Positions 17,519-26,812 of a stretch of 64,000 nucleotides of DNA are shown one piece after another. Every line of letters begins with the position of its first letter. The first letter of the stretch is position 1. Position numbers and translations under genes: made by a program. The stretch is from Planctomycetota bacterium (GTDB lineage: Bacteria > Planctomycetota > B15-G4 > SIAN01). The DNA is taken from NCBI GenBank assembly GCA_009691715.1, contig SIAN01000024.1:27-64026 (forward strand), read 5' to 3'. The notes under the pieces are model-generated. The model was given only the letters and a program-made list of their open reading frames with translations, made no database searches and was not told the origin of the DNA.

Positions 17519-19396
17519 ATGCCCGCGCCTAGCCATCTCACCGAAGAGCAGTGGCTGCGCGACGTGCATCAGCCGAACGTGCCGCAACTCACGCTGCGCG
17601 CGATCGTCGGCGGCGCGTTGATCGGCGCGGTCATGTGCCTGTCGAACCTCTACGTCTTCTTCAAGGCGGGCTGGTCGATGGGCGTGACCATCACCGCCGG
17701 AATCCTCGCCTTCGCGCTGTTCAAGGGGCTGGCCGCGCTGCGCTTGGGGCGGCCGCTGACGCTGCTGGAGAACAACGCGTTGACGACCGTCGCGTCAGGC
17801 GCTGGCTACATGACCGGCGGCGGGAACATGGCGGCGTGGGGCGCGCTGGTGATGGTGATCGCCGCCGGCAGCGGCGCGCTGTCCGGGTCGGAAGCGGGCG
17901 GCGCGGCGGGCGACGCTGTGCTGACGATCCCGGCGACGCTGCCGATGATCCTCTGGTTCGCGCTGATCGCGGCGCTCGGCGTCTTCTGCGCCATCCCGAT
18001 CAAGCGCCAGCTGATCAACTTGGAGGCGCTCGCCTTCCCGACCGGCACCGCGACCGCCGAGACGCTGCAGACGATCCACGGCAGCGGCGGCGCCGAGGGC
18101 TCGGTCAAGGCGAAGGCGCTGATGTGGGGTTCGCTGTTCGCGGCGGTGCTCGGCTGGTGTCGCGAGGCGAAGCCGGCGTGGATGCAGTCGTTCAACATCC
18201 CGCCCAAGATCGCGCTCGGGTTCGACATCGCCGGCCGCAAGGCCGCCGACTGGACGCTCAACCTGAAGACCGAGGTCGTGCTGATCGGCGCCGGTGCACT
18301 GATGAGCTTCCGGACGGCGTGGTCGCTGTTGCTCGGCAGCATCCTCACGTACGGCGTGCTGGCACCGGCGATGGTGGCGGACGGCGTCATCACCACGGTC
18401 GACTACAAGTCGATCGCCGGTTGGACCGTCTGGCCGGGCGCGTCGCTGCTGGTTGCTGCCGGCATCACCTCGTTCCTGCTCGACTGGAAGAGCGTGAAGC
18501 GAAGCTTCGGCGGCATCGGCTCGGCGTTCGGCGGCAGGAAGGGGCCGGCCGAACCGATCGACGCGGTCGAATGCCCGGCGTGGTGGTTCCCGGCCGGCTT
18601 CCTGCTGCTCGGGCCGTTCGTGGTGATCCTGATGGCGCAGCTCTTCGCCATCCCGTGGTGGGCGTGCGTCGTCGCGGTGCCGCTCGCGATCGTGATGGGC
18701 TTCATCGCGGCGCGCGTGACCGGCGACACCGACGTCACGCCGACCAAGGCGCTCGGACCGGTCACGCAGATCGTCTACGGCGCGCTCTCGCCCGACAATC
18801 TCTCCGGCAACATCATGAGCGCCAACGTGACCGCCGGCATCGGGCTGCACGCAGCCGACCTGCTCACGACGCAGAAGACTGGCTGGTTGCTCGGCGGCAG
18901 TCCGCGCGTGCAGTTCCTTGCCCAACTGATCGGCGTCGCGGTGGGCGCCGTGTTGATCGTGCCGGCGTTCAACATGCTGATCCCCGATCCGACGCTGCTC
19001 GGCGGCGAGGATTGGCCAGCGCCGAGTTGCGTGGTCTGGAAGGGCGTGTCCGAGGCCTTCTCCGCCGGCGTCTCCGCGCTCCACTCCACTTCGAAGATCG
19101 CGATCGCCATCGGCCTCGCGCTGGGAGTGGCGTTGGCGCTGCTGGAGAAGTTCGCGCCGAAGTTCCTGAAGCCGTTCGTGCCGTCGCCGTCGGGCCTCGG
19201 CATCGCCATGGTGATCCCGGGCGCCAACGGCATCGCGATGTTCCTCGGCGGGCTGCTCGCCGAGATCGCGCGGCGCAAGTTCCCGAAGGCCGGCGAGCCG
19301 CGCGTCGTGCCGATCGCGTCGGGCTTGATCGCGGGCGAAAGCCTGATGGGCGTGCTGACGACGGTGCTGAAGGTGAAGGGGTGGCTGCCGATGTGA
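17519..19396 (+). CDS. OPT/YSL-family oligopeptide or metal-chelate transporter
   Basis: GGAGGAG RBS; QLTLRAI, SNLYVFFKAGW, LENN, LAFPTGTATAETL, ADLLTTQKTG and ASGLIAGESLMG motifs. Confidence 0.92.
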   Translation: MPAPSHLTEEQWLRDVHQPNVPQLTLRAIVGGALIGAVMCLSNLYVFFKAGWSMGVTITAGILAFALFKGLAALRLGRPLTLLENNALTTVASGAGYMTGGGNMAAWGALVMVIAAGSGALSGSEAGGAAGDAVLTIPATLPMILWFALIAALGVFCAIPIKRQLINLEALAFPTGTATAETLQTIHGSGGAEGSVKAKALMWGSLFAAVLGWCREAKPAWMQSFNIPPKIALGFDIAGRKAADWTLNLKTEVVLIGAGALMSFRTAWSLLLGSILTYGVLAPAMVADGVITTVDYKSIAGWTVWPGASLLVAAGITSFLLDWKSVKRSFGGIGSAFGGRKGPAEPIDAVECPAWWFPAGFLLLGPFVVILMAQLFAIPWWACVVAVPLAIVMGFIAARVTGDTDVTPTKALGPVTQIVYGALSPDNLSGNIMSANVTAGIGLHAADLLTTQKTGWLLGGSPRVQFLAQLIGVAVGAVLIVPAFNMLIPDPTLLGGEDWPAPSCVVWKGVSEAFSAGVSALHSTSKIAIAIGLALGVALALLEKFAPKFLKPFVPSPSGLGIAMVIPGANGIAMFLGGLLAEIARRKFPKAGEPRVVPIASGLIAGESLMGVLTTVLKVKGWLPM

Positions 19397-19479
19397 GGCG
19401 GGCGAGGACTTGCTCTCGCGCCTCGCTGCCCAAGCAACCGGGCACCGATCAGAATCTGCTCGAGGTCGGGAGTCGGGTG

Positions 19480-20164
19480 ATGCCACAGTTTCTGGCGAAC
19501 CTCTTGCGGACCTTGATCGCCGTGGGATTGCTCGCGGCGAGCGCCCTGCCGGTGGCGAGGAGTTGCGACGCCAGCGCGGCGCAGCTCACGATCGCGCTCA
19601 CGGTCGCGTTCTTCATGCTCGGCTTCGCGCTGAACGTGCTCGAGGGTCGACTCTTCTCGAGCGCTCCGCCGGTGGTCGGGCCGCGCCATTTCGCGGCGGC
19701 GCTCGTGCTCGCTGTCGTACCGCAGCCGCCTCGACGCCCACTTCGGCGAGCACTTGTTTCCCGCATTGCTCCGGCTGGTCGGCAGCGGCGCCGTCTACGT
19801 CGGCGTGCAGGGCGTCATCGGCATGTCCACGTGGCCGTTCGTCCGCCGTTGGTACGAGGATCCGGCACTCGGCTTGGCACTCCGCATTCCGCCGCCGCGG
19901 GTGCTGCTCCCGTTCCAACTGCTGCGCGGGATCGCCGGCATCGCCGCCTTGCTGCCACTCCTGCTGCTGGTTCCACACGAAGCCGGGCAGGTGGGCGTGC
20001 GCGACTGGCTCGAACTCGCCCTGCTGCTCTCCGTCACCATGGGCATCGTCCCGCTCTTCGCCGCGACGCGCTGGCCGATCGCGCTCCGGCTGTTCCACGC
20101 GGCAGAGATCACCGTGATCGCCACGCTCTGGAGCGGACTCATCGTGTGGATCGGGCTGACTTGA
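19480..20164 (+). pseudogene. Integral membrane protein, frameshifted near 19720
   Basis: Hydrophobic N-half in one frame (MPQFLANLLRTL...AAALVLAV) continues as a hydrophobic C-half in another frame (LFPALLRLVGSGAVYV...IVWIGLT). Confidence 0.6.
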
Positions 20165-20197
20165 CACGCAGCGCGAGCCGCGATCGGCGGCCTCAGC

Positions 20198-21439
20198 TCA
20201 CGCGTCCCGCGCCAACCGCAGTCCCGTCCTCTGCCAGCGCGCCGTCGCGGGGAAGAAGTTGCGGTAGGTCGGGCGCGAGTGGCCGGTGGGTGTGAAGTCG
20301 GAGCTGCCGCGAAGCACGATCTGGTTCACCATAAACTTGCCGTTGTATTCGCCGATGGCGCCCGCGACCGGACGGAAGCCCGGGTAGCCGACGTAAGGGC
20401 TGGCGGTCCATTGCCACACTTCATCGAAGAGGCCGTGAAGTGGCGGAGCATCCCGGCCGACGGGCGGTGCGCCGGCGGCGACGGCGAGCGCCGCGTGCTC
20501 CCACTCCTGTTCCGTCGGCAGGCGCGCGCCGGCGAAGCGGGCGTAGGCGTCGGCCTCGAAGAAGCTCACGTGGGCGACCGGCGCATCGGGCGCGAGCGGC
20601 TGTTCGCCGCGCAGCGTGAACTGGCGGCGCGGGCTGCCCTCGCCACTCCAGTAGGCGGGGCCGGTGATCGACTCACGGCGCAGCCAGTCCCATCCTTCGC
20701 TGAGCCAGAAGCGGGGCTCGCGGTAGCCACCCGCGTCGATGAACGCGGCGAACTCCCCTTGCGTGACCAGGCGCGTCGCGAACTCGAACGGAGGCAGCAG
20801 TGCGCGGTGGCGTGGGCGTTCATTGTCGTAGGCGAAGCCGCTTCCTGCCGCGCCGATCTCGATCGTTCCGCCGGCGAACGCTCGCCAAATGCCGGAGCGC
20901 CGTCCGCCACGGCTCGCGCCCGCAGCGGGCTCGGCGCCCTCGGCCGCCGTCTCCGAATAGGCCGGTTTCAACGGATTCTGCGCCAGCAGATGGAGCGCGT
21001 CGGTGAGGAGCAACTCCTGGTGCTGCTGCTCGTGATGGAGGCCGAGCAGGGTCCGCTCGAGCGCCGCGGCCGGCGGGTCGGTCTGCAGCAGCGCGACGAG
21101 GCGCCGATCGACCGCGCCCCGCCACTGATGCACCTCGGCCAGCGTCGGTCGCGTCATGAGGCCGCGCGCCGACCGGGCGATGCGCGGCCCGACCGCCTCG
21201 TAGTAGGAGTTGAACAGGAAACGCCAGCGCGGATCGTGCGGCCGGAAGCCCTGCTCGAACTCCTGCAGCACGAACTCCTCGAAGAACCAGGTCGTGTGCG
21301 CGAGGTGCCACTTGGTCGGGCTCGCATCGGCCATCGACTGGACTTGGCTGTCCTCGGGAGAGAGCGGCGCAGCGCGGCGCATCGTCTCGGCGCGCACGAC
21401 GGCGAAAGCGGCGGCGAAACTCTGTGGATCGGGCACCAT
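20198..21439 (-). CDS. egtB: Ergothioneine biosynthesis sulfoxide synthase EgtB
   Basis: QSMADASPTKWHLAHTTWFFE, FNSYYE, HHEQQHQELLLTD, RLPTEQEWE and GEYNGKFMVNQ.VLRG motifs. Confidence 0.92.
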   Translation of the reverse strand: MVPDPQSFAAAFAVVRAETMRRAAPLSPEDSQVQSMADASPTKWHLAHTTWFFEEFVLQEFEQGFRPHDPRWRFLFNSYYEAVGPRIARSARGLMTRPTLAEVHQWRGAVDRRLVALLQTDPPAAALERTLLGLHHEQQHQELLLTDALHLLAQNPLKPAYSETAAEGAEPAAGASRGGRRSGIWRAFAGGTIEIGAAGSGFAYDNERPRHRALLPPFEFATRLVTQGEFAAFIDAGGYREPRFWLSEGWDWLRRESITGPAYWSGEGSPRRQFTLRGEQPLAPDAPVAHVSFFEADAYARFAGARLPTEQEWEHAALAVAAGAPPVGRDAPPLHGLFDEVWQWTASPYVGYPGFRPVAGAIGEYNGKFMVNQIVLRGSSDFTPTGHSRPTYRNFFPATARWQRTGLRLARDA

Positions 21440-21461
21440 GCCGCGAGTCTACGATCGCGCC

Positions 21462-24314
21462 ATGATCGACCGACTCCCGCGGTTCGTCGCACGCGCGTGG
21501 GCTCTGCTGGCGTGCCTCGCGCTCACCGCGGCGTGCGGCGCGCCACCAACACCCGAAAACAGCTCCGCGCTCTTTCCGTTGCGGGCGATCGACCTGCGCT
21601 GCGAAGCGCGGCGCGATCCCATCGGGATCGGCAGCGCGCGCCCGCGCCTCACCTGGTGTTGCGTGGCCCCCGCCGACGATCGTGTGCGCGGCCGCGCGCT
21701 CACCGGCTGCGAACTGCGCGCGGCGAGCTCGCTCGAAGCGTTGCTCGCCGGGAACGCCGATCGGTGGGCGAGCGGTCGAATCGCCGGCGATGCCGTTGCG
21801 CTCGATTGGGGTGGATCGCCGCTGCCGTCGCGCGCGCGCGTCTTCTGGCAGGTTCGCAGCTTCGACGAGAGTTCGCGCGCGACCGCGTGGAGCGAGCCCG
21901 CCCGCTTCACGGTCGGGTTGCTGGCCGAAAGCGACTGGGCCGCCCACTGGATCGGCGCGGCCGACGCCGCGACTTCCGTTCGCGACCATGCTCCGTGGTT
22001 GCGCGCGACCTTCGACCTGCCCGCAGCGCCGCGCCGAGCGCGCGCCTGGATCGCCTCGCTCGGCTACCACGAGCTCTGGTTGAACGGCCACAAAATCGGC
22101 GACGAGCTGCTGATGCCGAGCGTGAGCGATCTGTCGCAGCGCACGCGTGTCATGGAGCGGGAGATCGAGTGCGGCCCTGATCGCACCACTGCGCCGCCGC
22201 TCCACGCCGGCAAGAACGCGATCGGTCTCTGGATTGGCAGCGGCTGGGCGGCGCATGCGCCGTTCGCGGTCACCTCCTACCCGTTGGTGCGCGCGCAACT
22301 CGAGATCGAATTGGTCGACGGGCGGTGCATCACGGTCAGCACCGACGAATCGTGGCGAACGGCGGGCAGCGGAACGACGCGGCTCGGCACCTGGGAGATG
22401 GGCGACTACGGCGGCGAGCGGATCGACGCCGCGCGCGCACACCTCGACTGGAGCGGCACGGCGGTCGACGACGCAACCTGGCCACGCGTGCAGCGATTCG
22501 ACCCCGGCGTCGTGCTGGTGGCCGAAGCATGCGAGCCGAATCGCCGCATCATCGAACTCGCACCCGTGACGATCGAACCGGTCGGCCCGAGCACGTGGCG
22601 CATCGACTTCGGCCGCAACTTCACCGGCGTGACGCGAGCGACGTTGCATGGCGCGCCGGGCGCGGTCGTGACGCTCTCCTGGTCGGAACGCCGCGATACC
22701 GCCGAGCTGTTCGCGCAACGCGGTGAGCTCGTCCTCGACGCGGCCGGCGAGGGCACCTTCGAGCATCGGTTCAACTACGCGGCTGGCCGCTGGCTCACGA
22801 TCACCGGCACCGACCTCGCGCCACGCACCGACGACGTGCGCGCGTGGCTCGTGCGCAGCGATTACGACCGCGGTGCCCGGTTCGAATGCGGCGACGAGCG
22901 CCTGCAACAGCTCCACGACACGGCGGCATGGACTTTCGAGAACCTCGCGCTTGGCGGCGTGCCGGTCGATTGCCCGCATCGCGAGCGCCACGGCTACGGC
23001 GGCGACGCCCACGCCACCATGGGGCTCGGACTCGAACTTTTTCGCAGCGATGCCTTCTTCGCCAAATGGCAAGACGACTGGCATGCGCTGCAGCGCCCCG
23101 ACGGCAATCTCCCGTTCACCGCGCCCGGGTACATCGGCGCCGGCGGTCCGGCGTGGAGCGGCATCGTCGTGACGCTCGCGTGGGAACAGTGGCGGCGCAG
23201 CGGCGACGTGAGCGCGCTGCGACGGTGCTGGCCGACCATCGAACGATGGCTGGCGTGGCTCGATGCGCACGATCAGGGCGGACTGCTCGAGCCGTGGTGC
23301 GTGCCGGAGTGGGCCGCGGCCAGCAACTCGTATCTGGGCGACTGGCTAGCGCCGGGCGCACCGCTGCCGTCCGGCCCGCCGAACGACTCCACGCGCTTCT
23401 TCAACAGCGCCTACCGCATCGCGTGCGTGCGACTCGCAGCCTCGATGGCCGGCGTGCTCGGCGATGCGCCGACTGCGACTCGACTGACGACGCGCGCCGA
23501 CGAGCTGGCGCAGGCCGTGCACGAGCGCTTTTTCCGCGATCGCCGCGGCGGCTATCCGGGCCGCGGTGCGACACCGACCTTGATGGCACGGTTCGCGGAA
23601 CTCGGCGATTCCCCGCTCCGACAGTCTTCGTTCGACGCGCTCCGCGCCGAACTGGCCGGCGGCGGCGCGCTCACGACCGGAATGCACGGCACCTGGCGAC
23701 TCGTCGAGGAACTGCTCGCGAGCGGCCAGGGCGACCTGCTGGTGCAGATCGCCAAACGGAGCGACTCCCCGAGTTGGAGCTGGTTCGTCGACCAGGGCCT
23801 GACCACGTTTCCCGAGGATTGGTCGGCGCAGGGCTCGCTGCTCCACAGTTGTTGGCTCTCGATCGGCGTGCTTGGCATCGAGGCGCTCGCCGGCATCCGG
23901 CCCGACGACACCGCGACGCCCACGACCGCCGGCTACCGTCGCTTCATCGTCGAGCCGGCGATCGCGAGCGGGGTCCCGTGGGCGCGCGGCGAGCTGACCA
24001 CGCCGCACGGGCCGATCACCGTCGATTGGCGCCGGGAAACCGAGGCGTCGACCGCTTCGGCAACCGACGAAACCGTCACGCTCGATCTCACCGTGCCGAT
24101 CGGCACCTGCGCGGAGTTGCGCCTGCCGGCCGCCGCGCTCGACACGTGGAAGCTGGTCGACGACGCTGCCGTCGAGCCCGGTCGCGCGCATCCGTTACCG
24201 GACGCGATCGGCCACCCGCAGCAGGGCGTCGCCGGTGTCGAGTGGCACACCGGAAAGCTCTGCGCCACGCTGCGTTCCGGCCGCTACCGATTGCTCGGCG
24301 TGGTCGAGCGCTGA
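21462..24314 (+). CDS. Alpha-L-rhamnosidase (GH78), probable lipoprotein
   Basis: LTAAC lipobox; LRCE..DPIGIG..RPRLTW, DFGRNFTG, PVDCPHRERHGYGGD and LGDW motifs. Confidence 0.9.
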   Translation: MIDRLPRFVARAWALLACLALTAACGAPPTPENSSALFPLRAIDLRCEARRDPIGIGSARPRLTWCCVAPADDRVRGRALTGCELRAASSLEALLAGNADRWASGRIAGDAVALDWGGSPLPSRARVFWQVRSFDESSRATAWSEPARFTVGLLAESDWAAHWIGAADAATSVRDHAPWLRATFDLPAAPRRARAWIASLGYHELWLNGHKIGDELLMPSVSDLSQRTRVMEREIECGPDRTTAPPLHAGKNAIGLWIGSGWAAHAPFAVTSYPLVRAQLEIELVDGRCITVSTDESWRTAGSGTTRLGTWEMGDYGGERIDAARAHLDWSGTAVDDATWPRVQRFDPGVVLVAEACEPNRRIIELAPVTIEPVGPSTWRIDFGRNFTGVTRATLHGAPGAVVTLSWSERRDTAELFAQRGELVLDAAGEGTFEHRFNYAAGRWLTITGTDLAPRTDDVRAWLVRSDYDRGARFECGDERLQQLHDTAAWTFENLALGGVPVDCPHRERHGYGGDAHATMGLGLELFRSDAFFAKWQDDWHALQRPDGNLPFTAPGYIGAGGPAWSGIVVTLAWEQWRRSGDVSALRRCWPTIERWLAWLDAHDQGGLLEPWCVPEWAAASNSYLGDWLAPGAPLPSGPPNDSTRFFNSAYRIACVRLAASMAGVLGDAPTATRLTTRADELAQAVHERFFRDRRGGYPGRGATPTLMARFAELGDSPLRQSSFDALRAELAGGGALTTGMHGTWRLVEELLASGQGDLLVQIAKRSDSPSWSWFVDQGLTTFPEDWSAQGSLLHSCWLSIGVLGIEALAGIRPDDTATPTTAGYRRFIVEPAIASGVPWARGELTTPHGPITVDWRRETEASTASATDETVTLDLTVPIGTCAELRLPAAALDTWKLVDDAAVEPGRAHPLPDAIGHPQQGVAGVEWHTGKLCATLRSGRYRLLGVVER

Positions 24315-26410
24315 TCCGCCGCGAACGTGACCGAGAACGTCGCGACGATCGCGCTGCGCTCGACGAACTTGCGCGGCGCGTTCGCCTGCAGATGCAGCCA
24401 GCGTTCGCCGTGGAACTCTTCGGCCTGCACGCCGCTGCAGACGAACGGCAGCGACTTGCCGGCCGCGTCGACCACGGCCACCGTCGCGCTCACCTCGCGT
24501 GCGGCGCCGTCGGGGACCAGCTTCGTCAGATCGATGCGAGCGAAGACGCGGCCGTCGCGCGCTCGATCGAGGCCATAGAGATCCCAGAAGCCGTAGTGGA
24601 ACTGCTCTTCCCAGCGGACGATCACGTCGAACCGCACTGTTCCATCGACGCCGGCGCTCCCGCCGCCGCGCGGGACGATCTCGACGCTCTCGCCGACGCG
24701 CGGCGTCGCGCGGAACGGCTGCAACGTCGGATCGCCGATGAGCAAGCGATTGGCGCCGCCGCCTTGCATGATCGGCTCGCCCTCCTCGAACGCGGCGCCA
24801 GCGACCGGCAGGATGAGGTGCGGCGCGCCGCGCGCCTGCAGGCAGACATCGTCCCAGCTCGATTTCACCGCCGCGCCGAGCGAGGCGCCCCATTGCAACG
24901 CGAACTCTTCCTCGAGCGAGACCGCAAAACCGTGGTTCGCCGCGATCGGCGCAAGCAGCGCGGCCGCGCCTGCGTCGAGCCACGCCAGCGCGAGGCTCGT
25001 CTCCGGCGGCAGCACACAGGCCGTCGCGCGCGTGACCGCGCCGAAGGTCAAGACGATGTCGCCCTCGACGAAGACGCGCGAGACCGCCGCTGAATGGCAG
25101 GTGCCGCTCCAGACGACAGCGCGATCGAGCTTCAGCTTGGCGACTTGCGCGGCGAGGAGGCGCGGCATCGAGCCGTCGGGATCGTGGCCGACCCGCGCAG
25201 GGTCGAACGGCCAATGGCGCGTCTCGTCGATGTTGCGCTGGTCATCGAACAGCCAGATCCCTTGCGGATCGCCGTTGCCGGTCACGGAGATGGCGCCGGC
25301 GCTTTCGAGCTCCGGCAGGTGCGCGGCGATGAAGTCGCGCACTTTTGCGATCGTGCTCGATGGTCGCGAAACCGAGGCCGCGCGTCGTGTAGCCCGCGGC
25401 GCGCTGCTGCTCGCTGCCGTAGTTCTCCCAGATCGAAGAGGGTCCCTGTCCCATCACGAACTGCTGCAGCCACAGCTTGCTGGACAGTCCGCGCTCGCGC
25501 AGCGCCTGCGTCCGCTTCCACAGCGCCTCGAGCGCCTTGCCGTCGCGCGCCGTCATCCAGCCGAACGTGAAGTCGACGAACGGATCTTCATCGAGCCCGA
25601 TCGAAAGCAGCAGAACGCGGCGATGGAGCGCGATGTCGAGATCGCGCGGCGCGACGAAGAGCAGCGCCGATTCGGCGTTCGCGGCGAGCAGCGCATCACG
25701 CAACGTCGCTTCCCAGGTTGCATCCGTGAGCACGATCTCGGCCAATGACGCGTGATGGAACGCCGCGGCCGAGCGCGCCACTGCGAGCATGCGCGCGTCG
25801 TCCTTCTGCGTTCGGTCGAGCCCGAGCGCCGCGACTAGCACGCTGCCGGGTTGCGTGACGGCCGGCAGCCGCGCGACGAGCGGCGCATCCGACCGTCTTT
25901 CCGAGTTCGCCGCCGGCGCGCCAGCCAGCCGATCGAACGCGGCCTGCGCCAGCCGCGGCAGATCGTCGCTCCCCTTCGCATCGAGCGCGGCGCGGTAGCT
26001 CGCGCTCGCCTCCTCGTTGCGGCCGAGCCGTTCGAGGTAGTCGCCGCGGAAGTAGTGGACCCAGGCACGCGTCGGATGATTTGGCCGCGCCGCCAGGAGC
26101 GCGTCGCTCGCGTCGATCGCCGCCTGCCAAAGCTCCTGCCGCGCCGTCGCAGCGACCCAGTAGAAGAGCGCGTCGTCGCGTTCCTTCGCGCTGGCGTTCG
26201 CATGGTCGACTGCGCGCCGGTAGAGCCGTTCTGCCGCGATGAAATCCTCGCGCTGGTAGAAGGCCGCGTGCCCCTGCTCCAGCAACTCGGCGGGCGTCGC
26301 ATCGTCGGCGACCGGCGGCGCGACGTCGGCCGCGACTTCGCCGTGGAGCAGCACCAGTTTCCAGTGCGGCTCGCCCGGTTCGAGTTCGAAGCGAGCCGGA
26401 CCGTCCGCGT
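24284..26410 (-). pseudogene. TPR + peptidase C25/caspase-like-fold protein, frameshifted at ~25345 and missing its own start
   Basis: TPR helices (ELLEQGHAAFY...YFRGDYLERLGRNEEA); ...HDRK|VRDFIAAH joins across an A4 run; VWSGTCHS and RLLIGDP motifs. Confidence 0.55.
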
Positions 26411-26779
26411 TCCCTGCCGCCGCGCTCCCTGCCGTACCGCCTCGGCCGCCACCCGCTCCGCGATGCGCACCAGCCACGCCGCGAACCGTACCGGATCGGC
26501 CAGCGCCGCCAGATGACGGAACGCGAGGAAGAACGTGTGCTGCACCGCCTCGGCGACGGCGTCCGTGTCGGCGGCGCCGCCACTCCGGCGGAGTCGGCGC
26601 ACGATCACGGCGCGCACGCGCTCCTCATGCCGCACCAACAGCTCGCCGAACCGCTTGACGCCGCCGGCACGCACCGCCACGACCAGGACGGCGTCGCCAC
26701 CCGGCGCGTCGTGCCCCTTGCGGCCTTCGCTTCCCTCCTGCCCGTCGATCGGCTACCCGTCGCTCATAGCGTCGCTCAT
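26400..26779 (-). pseudogene. ECF-type RNA polymerase sigma factor remnant (region 2 only; in-frame TAG at codon 9)
   Basis: GGAGG RBS before ATG 26779; MSDAMSDG*...DAVLVVAVRAG...FGELLVRH...AEAVQHTFFLAFRHLAALADPVRFAAWLVRIA; no region 4 follows. Confidence 0.7.
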
Positions 26780-26812
26780 GCGCCTCCAAGGACGGCGATC
26801 AGGCGCGATTCG

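Noticed and set aside
20198-21439. Selenoneine (senA) or ovothiol (ovoA) synthase
   Set aside because: No senB/selD neighbours and no C-terminal methyltransferase domain; the motifs fit ordinary EgtB.
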